NCBI GenBank assembly: GCA_963793865.1
Contig: CAWCBP010000001.1
Location: 96,001-160,000 of the forward strand
Length of the DNA: 64,000 nucleotides
Direction of reading: 5' to 3'
Source of the DNA: an uncultured delta proteobacterium
Lineage (GTDB): Bacteria > Desulfobacterota > WTBG01
Shown here: one piece after another, positions 20,818 to 31,780 of the stretch
Layout: each line of letters begins with the position of its first letter
Numbering within the stretch: the stretch's first letter is position 1
Notes under the pieces: model-generated
What the model was told of the DNA's origin: nothing
Database searches by the model: none
Seen by the model: only the letters and a program-made list of their open reading frames with translations
Program-made: the position numbers and the translations under genes

Positions 20818-21025
20818 GACGAAAGCAATTCAGAACCCCTGCCCGGGGTGTGTGGTTGGGGAGTGGTGCGGGTATTAGGTTGCGGATTGTGGAATGCGGA
20901 TTGCGGATTGAAAAAAATCAAATAGGGTCATCTCTTAACTATCAGGTTATAATACGTAGGGTTGTGAGAAAAAGTAGATTACTTTGAGGTAGCCATGTGA
21001 TATAATATGTTCGTTTATTACATTT

Positions 21026-21123
21026 GGAGTATTCCGATGAGTGCCGACGGCAAACATAACCCCGCTTTTTCTCAGATGAAGAAGTCTGAGAGGGTGGGGA
21101 ATTCTATTTTTAGGAGGGTATAA
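21026..21123 (+). promoter_or_regulatory. Conserved leader, copy 3
   Basis: Extended -10 TGnTATAAT at 20998-21006; GGAG, ATG at 21037, MSADGKHNPAFSQMKKSERVGNSIFRRV*; TCTCAGA-N8-TCTGAGA. Confidence 0.7.
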
Positions 21124-21125
21124 TC

Positions 21126-23337
21126 ATCAGTAATAAAAATGTTCTAAAAGTATTGATCTTTACTATAAGTTATCTTCTCATTCCATTTAATACCCTTGAG
21201 GCGGAAATTTGGCACACAGAGACGGTGGACAATGCTGGAGATGTCGGTTATGGGACCTCCATTGCCTTAGGCAGTAGCGGGAATCCCTATATCAGCTATT
21301 ATGATAATACCAACGATGATCTCAAATACGCCTGGTATGACGGTACCTGGCACACGGAGACGGTGGATAGTGCCGGGTATGTAGGTTCTTCTAACTCGCT
21401 TGCCTTGGACGAGAAGTGGCAATCCCCATATCAGCTATTTTGATGGGACCAACGATGATCTTAAATATGCCTGGTATGATGGTATTTGGCACATGGAGAC
21501 GGTGGACAGTGCCGGGTATGTAGGTTCTTCTAACTCGCTTGCCTTGGACGAAAGTGGCAATCCCCGTATCAGCTATTTTGATGGGACCAACGATGATCTT
21601 AAATATGCTTGGTGCGAAATGGAATGTGGAGACACTGCTAATTGGCATACGCAGACGGTAGACAGTGCCGGGAATGTAGGTTATTACACTTCGCTTGTTT
21701 TAGACAGTAATGGTAATCCCCGTATCAGCTATCACGATTACACTAACGGTGATCTCAAGTATGCCTGGCATGATGGTAGCTGGCATACCGAGACAGTAGA
21801 TAGCACGGATTATGTTGGAGAATACAGCTCCCTCGCCTTGGATGGAAGTGGCAATCCCCGTATCAGCTATTACGGTTACGACGGTTACTACGGTTATGGA
21901 CATCTCAAGTATGCCTGGTATGATGGTACCTGGCATATCGAGACGGTAGATAGCACGGATTATGTTGGATATTACACTTCACTTGATTTAGACAACAATG
22001 GTAATCCCCGTATCAGCTATTATGATTACATCAATGATGATCTCAAATACGCCTGGTATGATGGTACCTGGCATATCGAGACGGTGGACAGCACGGGTGA
22101 TGTTGGAGAGGACACCTCCCTTGCCTTGGACAGCAACGATGATCCCCATATCAGCTATTATGATTCGAATAACGGTGACCTTAAATATGCGTTTTTACCG
22201 TGCCTCGGTGATTATGATTGTGATGGCGTTATTGATGCAGATAATTGTCCGTTCTACTTCAATCCGAGCCAGGAAGATGGAGATGGTGACGCTGCCGGTG
22301 ATGCCTGTGACAACTGTCCTTATATCGCCAACCCGGACCAGTCGGACATCGATGGTGACAGGATGGGGGATGTATGCGATGATAATCCCAATATAACCGA
22401 ATTGCGTCCCGCAGCGGACGGACATTACAATCGTTCCTATGGTTGCTGTGGCGAATGCGGGTGTATGGAGGTGGATGCGGGTGTAGTTAATGGGATTGTA
22501 GTAAATGAGTACACCGGGCAGATCGATTGTGGTATCTGGTGTGGTAGTGGTTACGCTTATGACTGCAACAGTGGCATTATGGAGTTTGATATTGGCCTCA
22601 TAGATGATTTATTTGTGAGCGGCCTCATAGAGGCACAGCTCTGTCTCACAGCAAAGGAGGGGTACTTATCTGACGGTAGATGTATTTCTTTATACGGCAT
22701 TCAGGACGCAAGCGAGAATGGGATTATTGAGAGGGTTGATTTAGATACGGAAGAGTATATAGACGAAATCTGCGAAGACTTGCAACCAGGGAGTGTTGTC
22801 ACTATAGATGTGACTTCGGTCTTGGAACATGATTTGTTTGATCCTTATCAAACGACCTTGAGTGGGTTTGTTATCAAAGGAAATTCATACCCGTGGAATT
22901 GGTTCCCAAATGGAATCGAATTTTTTGACCATACAGATCCCCTGAATGCCCCCCGACTGACTGTAAGAAACATCGATTCAGATGGTGATAATATTCCTGC
23001 AGTCCAGGATAATTGCCCGTATGATTACAATCCACAGCAGGAGGATTCTTACCCCCCAGGCGGCAACAGCATCGGCGATGCCTGCGACTGCGAAGGCAAT
23101 TTCAACTGCTTTTTAGATCAGGACGTTGATGGTTCAGATGCCGCAACTTTTAAGGCTGACTTCGGTAGAAGCATTATCGTGCATCCCTGTGTTGCTGCAG
23201 ACAAGTGTAACGGCGACTTCAATTGCGACGGCGATGTGGACGGCACCGACGCGGCACAGTTCAAGTCGGATTTCGGCAGAAGCAGTATGAGCAATGCCTG
23301 CCCCGCCTGCGTGACAGGGCCGTGGTGCGCGTATTAG
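21126..23337 (+). CDS. Secreted protein: TETVD/LKYA propeller repeats, TSP3 repeats, ADGHY domain, dockerin-like module (ATC start, frameshift near 21414)
   Basis: N-terminus paralogous to the 23621 gene but ATC replaces ATG; ORFs 21153-21443 and 21400-23337 continue the same repeats. Confidence 0.75.
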
Positions 23338-23452
23338 AAGTGCGGATTTCGGAATGCGGATTGAAAAGAGGGGTTAGCAGTCAGCATGGAAAAGCAGAGA
23401 GCAAACGGCAGGAGCATGGAACAACGGGTAAAGCCCTTACAAATACCATAAT

Positions 23453-23572
23453 TATAGTAAACGAAAAAATAGTCATTGCGAGGAGCGCAAGCGACGCGGC
23501 AATCTTATGGGATTGCTTCGCTAACGCTCGCAATGACAACCTACATGTCAACTTTTTAAATCGTTCACTATA
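23453..23572. mobile_element. 120-bp MITE-like element with TA ends
   Basis: TATAGTAAACGA...TCGTTCACTATA terminal IR; internal GTCATTGCGAG...CTCGCAATGAC palindrome. Confidence 0.7.
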
Positions 23573-23620
23573 GATGAAGAAGTCTGAGAAGGGGAATTCT
23601 ATTCTTAGGAGGGTAAAATC

Positions 23621-26010
23621 ATGAGCAATAAAATGCTGCTAAAAGCTTTAGTCTTTACCATAAGCTATCTTCTCATTCCATTTCATACCCTGGAGGCGGA
23701 GATTATTTGGCACACAGAGACGGTGGATAGTGCTGTAGATGTAGGTTCTTACACCTCTCTTGCCTTAGACAGCAGCGGTAACCCCCATATCAGCTATTAT
23801 GATGTACTCAACGATGATCTCAAATATGCCTGCGTATGATGGCACCTGGCACATCGAGACAGTGGATAGTGGTGGAGATGTAGGTTGGTACACCTCTTTA
23901 GCCTTAGACAGCAGTGATAACCCCCATATCAGCTATTATGATGACAGCATCCAGGGTCTCAAATACGCCTGGTATGACGGCACCTGGCATACGGAGACCG
24001 TGGATAATATGGGTTTTGTTGGATATGACACTTCCCTTGCCTTAGACAGCAGTGATAACCCCCATATCAGCTATTATGATTTGACTAACGATGATCTCAA
24101 ATACGCCTGGTATGATGGCACCTGGCACACAGAGACCGTGGACAGTATCGGAGAGGTAGGTTCGTACACCTCTCTTGCCTTAGACAGCAGCGGGAACCCT
24201 CATATCAGTTATTTTGACTACACCAACCGCGATCTCAAATACGCTTGGTATGATGGCACATGGCACACAGAGACCGTGGACAGTGTCGGAGATGTAGGTT
24301 AGTACACCTCTCTTGCCTTAGACAGCAGTGGGTGCCCCCATATCAGCTATTATGATTATACTGACGATGATCTCAAATACGCCTGGTATGATGGCATCTG
24401 GCATACAGAGACGGTTGATAGTGCTAGATATGTAGGTAAATTCAACTCACTTGCCTTAGACAGCAGTGATAACCCCCATATCAGCTATTATGATGATACT
24501 AACTATGATCTCAAATACGCCTGGCATGATGGCATCTGGCACATAGAGACGGTGGATAGTGCTGGAGTTGTAGGTGAGTGCACCTCTCTTGCCTTAGACA
24601 GCAGTGGGTGCCCCCATATCAGCTATTATGATTGGATTAATTATGATCTCAAATATGTAGAACTTGCATGTCCAGATGATTTCGACTGTGATGGAGTGCC
24701 TAATGGCAATGATAATTGTCCCGTAACCGCTAACCCAGGTCAAGAAGATATGGATGGGGATGATAGAGGAAATGTTTGTGACAACTGTCCAGATAGTGCT
24801 AACCCCAATCAAGAAGATATGGATGGGGATGGTATTGGTGATGTGTGCGACCCGGATGATGATAATGATACTATATGTGATCCAGGTGCATCTGACCCAT
24901 CGTGCAGTGGAGCAGATAATTGTCTTGATAAAGCTAATCCTGGGCAGGAAGATCTTGATAATGACTTGGTAGGTGACGTGTGTGATAACTGTCCCTTCAA
25001 TGCCAACCCCTTACAGGAAGATACTGACGGTGATAGGATCGGTGATGTTTGTGATGATAGGCCTAATGTCTTTAATCCATTTCCAGCAGCGGACGGGCAT
25101 TATTATGAACATGAATACTGTTATCATGGGATGTTTGAATGTTTTTGTAGCGATTCTTCAAGCGTGTTTGGTGGGATAGAAGTTGGTTATGAGGCGTATT
25201 GTTATCCTTATCCGGAGCATTGTAATTGTGATGGTGATTATTATAGTTACATTGGCATTGCAGAGTTTGATATTGCTGGCATAGATGGTTTATTCGCGTC
25301 AGGACAAATAGAGGCAAAACTCCAACTTACGGTGCTGGATTGGGGTTATTCTGATGATAAATGTATTTCCCTGTATAGCGTAGTTGATGACACCGAGAAC
25401 GGGATTATTGAGATAGCTGATATAAATACGGAAGATTTTATAGGGGAAATGTGTGGTAACTTTAATCCTGGAGATACTGTCGTTATTGATGTGACTCTAG
25501 CAATGGAGCATGATTTATTTGATACTGCACAGACAGATTTTTCAGGATTTGTTATCGAGAGAAGCAGCATGGCCGGATTCCATAGAATTTTATGATCATA
25601 CCGATCTTTATAATGGGCCCAGATTAAGCGTTTCAGATATCAATTCGGACGGTGATGATATACCAGCAGTCCAGGACAATTGCCCATTGATATACAATCC
25701 CAATCAAGAAGACTCCTACCCCCCTGGCGGCAACGGCCGTGGTGACGCCTGCGACTGTGAAGGAAATTTCAATTGCGCGGCAGATCAGGACGTTGATGGT
25801 TCAGATGCCGCAACTTTTAAGGCCGACTTCGGAAGAAGCGTCATTGTGGAACCCTGTATTACTGGAGACACATGCAACGGGGACTTCAATTGCGACGGCG
25901 ATGTGGACGGCACCGACGCCTCGCTCTTCAAATCCGACTTCGGCCGCAGCTCATTGCAGAACCCCTGCCCGGCGTGTGAAGCGGGAGTGGAGTGGTGTCA
26001 GTATGAGTGA
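23621..26010 (+). CDS. Secreted protein: LKYA repeats, TSP3, ADGHY domain, dockerin-like module; interrupted by frameshifts (near 23833 and 25570) and an in-frame TAG at 24300
   Basis: ORF pieces 23621, 23799, 24552 and 25510 join into the same architecture as the upstream paralog. Confidence 0.75.
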
Positions 26011-26096
26011 AGAAGAAGCATTGCGAGGGTTTTGGGAAGAAGTAGGTAACTTTGAGGCTGAGAAGGCGGGGTTTATTTATTGGAGGGAAGGGAGAT

Positions 26097-28775
26097 ATGG
26101 CTACTAAACGTTATATAATTATAATCGTTTTATTAACTGTTTTGATCACTGTGACTGCTGATTTTACGGGAGCGGGAGACTGGCAGATAACCGTAGTGGA
26201 TAGCACGGGTCAGGTTGGATATCACACATCTCTTGCCTTAGACAGCAGTGATAACCCCCATATCAGCTATAATGATGTTACTAATGCTGATCTCAAATAT
26301 GCCTGGTATGATGGCACCTGGCATACAGAGACGGTGGATAGCACGGGTCGGGTTGGATATTACACATCTCTTGCCTTAGACAGCAGTGATAACCCCCACA
26401 TCAGCTATTATGATGATTCTAACGATGATCTCAAATATGCCTGGTATGATGGCATCTGGCGTACAGAGACGGTGGATAGCATGGGTGATGTTGGATGGAA
26501 TACCTCTCTCGCCCTAGACAGCAGTGATAACCCCCATATCAGCTATAATGATGTTACTAATGCTGATCTCAAATATGCCTGGTATGATGGCACCTGGCAT
26601 ACAGAGACGGTGGATAGCACGGGTCGGGTTGGATATTACACATCTCTTGCCTTAGACAGCAGTGATAACCCCCGTATCAGCTATTATGATGATACCAACG
26701 ATGATCTCAAATACGCCTGGTATGATGGCACCTGGCATACAGAGACGGTGGACAGCACGGGTCAGGTTGGATATGGCACCTCTCTTGCCCTGGACAGCAG
26801 TGACAACCCCCATATCAGCTATAGTGATTATACTAACGGTGGTCTCAAGTATGCCTGGTATGATGGCACCTGGCATACGGTGACGGTTGATGCAGGTAGT
26901 GTTGGATATGACACCTCTCTTGCCTTAGACAGCGATAGTAACCCCCGTATCAGCTATAATCTCAAATATGCCTGGTATGACGGCACCTGGCATACTGAGA
27001 CGGTGGATAGCACGGGTGCCGTTGGGGGATACACCTCTCTTGCCTTGGACAGCAATGGTAACCCCCGTATCAGCTATTTAGCTTTTATAGTAACTATAAC
27101 TTATAGTCTTAATTATGCATTTTTACCGTGTACCAATGATTTTGATTGCGATGGCATTCTTGATGCTAATGATAATTGTCTTACCATTTCCAACCCGGTT
27201 CAGGAGGATATAGATATAGATGGGGTGGGGGATATCTGCGATAATTGTCCTGATCTTGCTAATCCTGGCCAGGAGGATGTAGACGGTGATAAAGTCGGTG
27301 GTGTCTGCGATAATTGCCCTGATGTATATAATCCTGATCAAAAAGATATGGACAATGACGGGGCAGGAGATGTCTGTGACAGTGATATTGATGGCGATGG
27401 GATCTTAAATGAGCAAGATAATTGCCCCATAGTCATCAATCCCGGTCAGGAAGACAGTGATGGGGATGGTTTCGGTGATGTCTGCGATTCACAAAACAGC
27501 TTTGCCCTGATAGAGGTAACCTCAAATAAAATCGTAGTCTTTGATCTCGCAGGCAATCTCCTCTATGAGAAAGCATTTGATGGGATGGGAAACTGCTATT
27601 TTGTTTCTCCCAGTGCGCGGGGTTGGCTGGTAAAAGGCTGTCCCCCTGCTGGCTGTGGCTCAAATAACTGGATCATCTGGGACCTGGAACCTGATCTCTC
27701 TGTTGCCAATACGATTACCAATTTAGGGCCAGGGCCCTTCTATACCGGGATCGGCAGCGGAAACTTTGTGGTGGGTAATGTGTATTCTGGGATCATCAAT
27801 CTCTATAGCCCTGCTGGCACTATCATCGGCAGCACCAACGCCTGGCAGGAAGAAAATGGATGGCCCTATGCGTACACTAGGTTAGGAGAAATAGCTGGTT
27901 TAGTCAACGGAGGGTTTGTGGTACCCCCCGAGGGAGGATATCCTGAAGCGGGTGGACTGTACACCCCCTATCTCTATTTCTATGATAACGATCTCAATCT
28001 GACAGATAAAGTAGATATCACCGCAGAGGGTATTCACATCTTTAACGCGGACGGTTTAAGTAATGGAGGATTTGTTGCCACCTGTGCGGATTATGGCACG
28101 ACGGATCAGGTAACGTATTTATGCTATTTCAATGCGGATGGCACACTGATAGAGAAGAGAGATGTAAGCGGTGATATTCCTTTACGTTACTATTCGAATG
28201 TTTTTATCAGCGGGGTGAGTGAGGGGAGAGTGATGGTGAGCGTGCTTGGAGAGGACAGGGTATGGGTATATGGGGTTCCCTCCCAGGGGTTTAACAGCAG
28301 CGATGAGTTTGCCGGGAGCCGCTTGAGTGATGGTGCACCACCTGAGGAGTGGGATTTAAGCAGTTTCGGGATCACTGAGATCGGGTCACTTGCGGGTAAT
28401 GTGTTGGTATTTGACTCAGACAGTGATCAGGTTCCTGAGGCATTAGACAACTGCCCCACCACGGCTAACCCGGGTCAAGACGATACTTATCCCCCGCAAG
28501 GCAACGGCATCGGTGATGCTTGCGACTGCGAAGGCAATTTCAACTGCTTTTTAGATCAGGACGTTGATGGTTCAGATGCCGCAACTTTTAAGGCAGACTT
28601 CGGGAGAAGCGCTATCGTGCATCCCTGTGTTACCGGAGACACCTGCAACGGTGACTTTAACTGTGACGGGGACGTAGACGGCACCGATGCGTCGCTATTC
28701 AAACAAGACTTTGGCCGCAGCCAGTTCAGTGATCCGTGCCCGAGATGTGTGGCAGGAGAATGGTGTGCAAGTTAG
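26097..28775 (+). CDS. Secreted protein: ~7 LKYA repeats, TSP3 repeats, second beta-rich domain, dockerin-like module
   Basis: Intact ORF; signal peptide [13 protein letters not shown]; 46-aa repeats; DxDxDGxGDxCDNCP repeats. Confidence 0.9.
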   Translation: MATKRYIIIIVLLTVLITVTADFTGAGDWQITVVDSTGQVGYHTSLALDSSDNPHISYNDVTNADLKYAWYDGTWHTETVDSTGRVGYYTSLALDSSDNPHISYYDDSNDDLKYAWYDGIWRTETVDSMGDVGWNTSLALDSSDNPHISYNDVTNADLKYAWYDGTWHTETVDSTGRVGYYTSLALDSSDNPRISYYDDTNDDLKYAWYDGTWHTETVDSTGQVGYGTSLALDSSDNPHISYSDYTNGGLKYAWYDGTWHTVTVDAGSVGYDTSLALDSDSNPRISYNLKYAWYDGTWHTETVDSTGAVGGYTSLALDSNGNPRISYLAFIVTITYSLNYAFLPCTNDFDCDGILDANDNCLTISNPVQEDIDIDGVGDICDNCPDLANPGQEDVDGDKVGGVCDNCPDVYNPDQKDMDNDGAGDVCDSDIDGDGILNEQDNCPIVINPGQEDSDGDGFGDVCDSQNSFALIEVTSNKIVVFDLAGNLLYEKAFDGMGNCYFVSPSARGWLVKGCPPAGCGSNNWIIWDLEPDLSVANTITNLGPGPFYTGIGSGNFVVGNVYSGIINLYSPAGTIIGSTNAWQEENGWPYAYTRLGEIAGLVNGGFVVPPEGGYPEAGGLYTPYLYFYDNDLNLTDKVDITAEGIHIFNADGLSNGGFVATCADYGTTDQVTYLCYFNADGTLIEKRDVSGDIPLRYYSNVFISGVSEGRVMVSVLGEDRVWVYGVPSQGFNSSDEFAGSRLSDGAPPEEWDLSSFGITEIGSLAGNVLVFDSDSDQVPEALDNCPTTANPGQDDTYPPQGNGIGDACDCEGNFNCFLDQDVDGSDAATFKADFGRSAIVHPCVTGDTCNGDFNCDGDVDGTDASLFKQDFGRSQFSDPCPRCVAGEWCAS

Positions 28776-28797
28776 TTTTTTGAGGGGAGGTAAAACA

Positions 28798-31583
28798 ATG
28801 AAAAGATTATTGATCGCATGTGCAATATTATTGGTATTGCCTTGCATAGCCGTTGCCTACCCGCTTCCCGATACAGGGCAGACTAAGTGCTATGATGATA
28901 TTGAAAATGAGATCATACCCTGCCCATCACCGGGAGATTCTTTTTTTGGCCAGGATGCTCAGTATGCCATTAATCCTCACTCATATAACAAACTGGATGC
29001 AAATGGCAATGACCTGCCCGATGATGCACCCTGGCCCTGGGCAATGGTACGGGATAATGTGACCGGGCTGACATGGGAAGTCAAAGCATTACAGGATAAT
29101 ACAACAAATTACAGTGACCCCCATGACGCAGACAATACATACAACTGGTACGATGCTCAGGATGTCTTTATTGCATCCCTTAACTCGCAGAATTTTGGCG
29201 GATATTCTGACTGGCGGTTGCCGACGGTACAGGAGTTAGGTTCCATTGGCAACAGAGATACCTATAGTCCTTCAATCAATACAGACTATTTCCCCAATAC
29301 AGTATCGTCCGACTACTGGTCGTGTACAAGTAAGCCAACAATCAGGACTACGCTTGGTTAGTCAATTTTAGGGATGGCTATGTCGTCTTATTCCAATAAG
29401 TTGAATGCCTATAGTTATGTATTGGCGGTTCGAGGGGGACAGTGTGGGTCGCCTGCTCATTTTATCGATAATGGCAACGGAACCGTGACAGACACAGACA
29501 CAGGCTTAATGTGGCAAAAAGATACTTCCCCGGACTCGATATCACTGGCCATACGCACTCATTATTGCGAAAATCTTTCTCTATCTGGTTATAATGATTG
29601 GCGTCTACCGGATTATAATGAACTACATTCCCTTGTCGATTATGGAGTGTATAACCCTGCCATTGACCCAATCTTCTCCAACACTGAGACGTCGTGCTAT
29701 TTGTCGTCAACCACTATCCCCTCCGGAGCATACTCCGTCTGGAGCTTCAATTTTAGTGACGGTGTTGCGAACAAGAGATATAAACAGGCCGGCATCAGTG
29801 CTACGTGCGGGCGGTTCGCGGCGGACAGTGCGAGTCATTTGGTGATTTGGATGCTGATTGTCGCACTGATTGCATAGATAACTGTCCATCAATTTCGAAC
29901 GGTCCGGATTCAGGCACGTGTACGGTAGGTGTTGTTGGGCTTTCTTGCACGAGTCATGAAGAATGTGGAACTGGTGGCTTTTGTAGCATGAGTCAGGAAG
30001 ATACTGACAAGGATTATTTGGGCGATGCGTGCGACAGTTGGCCCAATGATCCTGATAATGATGCTGATGGAGATGGTGTTTCAGGGGAAGTCGATAACTG
30101 TCCAAGCACTTTCAATTCACAGCAAGAAAATGGTGATAATGATACCCATGGGGATGCCTGTGATAACTGCCCTTTCTTAGGCAATGAAGATCAGGCTGAT
30201 GGTGAGAGTGATGATGTTGGCGACCCCTGTGATAACTGCCCCGATGACCCTAATTCAGAGCAGAGCGACTCTGATGGGGATGAGGTTGGTGATATATGTG
30301 ACAACTGCCCCTCTGTTGTCAATATTACTCAGAGTGACTGGGATGGAGATGGTTTGGGTGACGCGTGTGATGATGACATCGATGGAGATGGACTCTTAAA
30401 TGGAGAAGATAACTGCCCAATTCATTATAATACAGACCAGGACGATGTTGATGAAGATGGTGTGGGAGATATTTGTGACAACTGCACTGACATCTATAAT
30501 CCCGATCAATCAGATTCCGATGGCGATATAATAGGTGATGCCTGCGATGCTCATCCTGATGTTTTTGATCCAATGGTAGCAGCAGTTGACGGGCATTACC
30601 AACGGCATGAAAACCGTTATACCTGGTTTTTTGGATCATGCAATGGTAATACTTCGTCAAGTGTGCTTAATGGTATTGATGTAGGCTATGTGGCGTATTG
30701 TTATCCGTTTCCAGGTAACTGTGATTGTGATGGTGATTATTTTTGGTACGAAGGTATTCTGGAGTTTGACATTTCAAAAATGTATGGTTTATTTGCAAGG
30801 GATCAAATAGAGGCAACCCTCCAACTTACCGTGATGGATGGTAATTTATCTAATGCTGCTTGCCTTTCTTTTTACAGTATTGAGGATGAAAATGAGAATG
30901 GAATTGTAGAAATAACCGATAGAGATACTGACGATTATTTGGGACAGATCTGTGAAGACCTCCAGCCTGGCGATACAATTACCATTGATATAACATCAGC
31001 CTTGGAGCATGACTTATTTGGCCCTGACCATGCAAACTTTAGTGGCTTTGTCGTCAAGAGAAGTACCAGTTGGTATAATTATATTCAATTTTATGATCAT
31101 ACCGATCCTGAGAATGGTCCACGGTTAACCGTTATAGATATATTATACTCTGATTACGACGCAGATGGCATTCCTTATGTTGATGACAATTGCGCATCGG
31201 TCCCTAACCCGGATCAGATCGATATGGAGGGAGATGGTGTCGGAGATGCATGCGATAATTGTCTCAATACCAATAATCCCAACCAGGAAGACACCTATCC
31301 CCCGCAAGGCAACGGCATCGGTGACGCTTGCGACTGCGAAGGCAATTTCAACTGCTTTTTAGATCAGGACGTTGATGGTTCAGATGCCGCAACTTTTAAG
31401 GTTGACTTCGGCAGAAGCGATATCGTGCATCCCTGTATTGCCGGAGACACATGCAACGGCGACTTCAATTGCGATGGTGATGTAGACGGCACTGATGCGT
31501 CGCTATTCAAACAAGATTTTGGCAGAAACACATTCAGCAACCTCTGCCCTACGTGTGAAGCGGGAGAGTGGTGTGGATATTAA
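28798..31583 (+). CDS. Secreted protein: two DUF1566 (Lcl C-terminal-like) domains, long TSP3 tract, ADGHY domain, dockerin-like module; frameshifts near 29330-29380 and 29795
   Basis: LPDTGQTKCY, DNVTGLTWE, GYSDWRLPT, DNGNGTVTDTDTGLMWQ and VRGGQ motifs across three ORFs. Confidence 0.8.
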
Positions 31584-31681
31584 ATTGCGGATTTTGGAAT
31601 GGGGATTGTGGAAAGCAAAGAACTTCTTGCAACCCGGCCCATATTATATTTGTCAAATATAGCTGTCCCAAACCATAAGGT

Positions 31682-31762
31682 GAGGGAATAATGAAAACCC
31701 ACAAGAGACATAACCCCACTTTTTCTCAGATGGAGAAATCTGAGAAGGTGGGGTTTGTTTTG
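31682..31762 (+). promoter_or_regulatory. Conserved leader, copy 4
   Basis: GAGGG, ATG at 31691, MKTHKRHNPTFSQMEKSEKVGF (in frame with the downstream gene); AACCCCAC/GTGGGGTT and TCTCAGA-N8-TCTGAGA. Confidence 0.7.
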
Positions 31763-31780
31763 GGAAGGGGATGTAACTTT

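Larger units (their letters stand above)
19697..20878 (+). pseudogene. Remnant of an array gene: signal peptide (19697-19744) and last ~20 codons (20819-20878), body replaced by the mobile element
   Basis: MKKLGIVVGCLIVFCV before the element; KAIQNPCPGCVVGEWCGY* after it, matching the array C-termini. Confidence 0.8.

Noticed and set aside
20880..20910. TGCGGA(A/T)T heptamer runs after several array genes (also near 23341, 31586, 45000)
   Set aside because: Short degenerate dispersed repeats that also occur outside the array; no specific function can be supported
28798..29877. DUF1566 domains as diversity-generating retroelement targets
   Set aside because: No reverse transcriptase or adenine-variant template repeat is visible in the window; a remote DGR cannot be excluded
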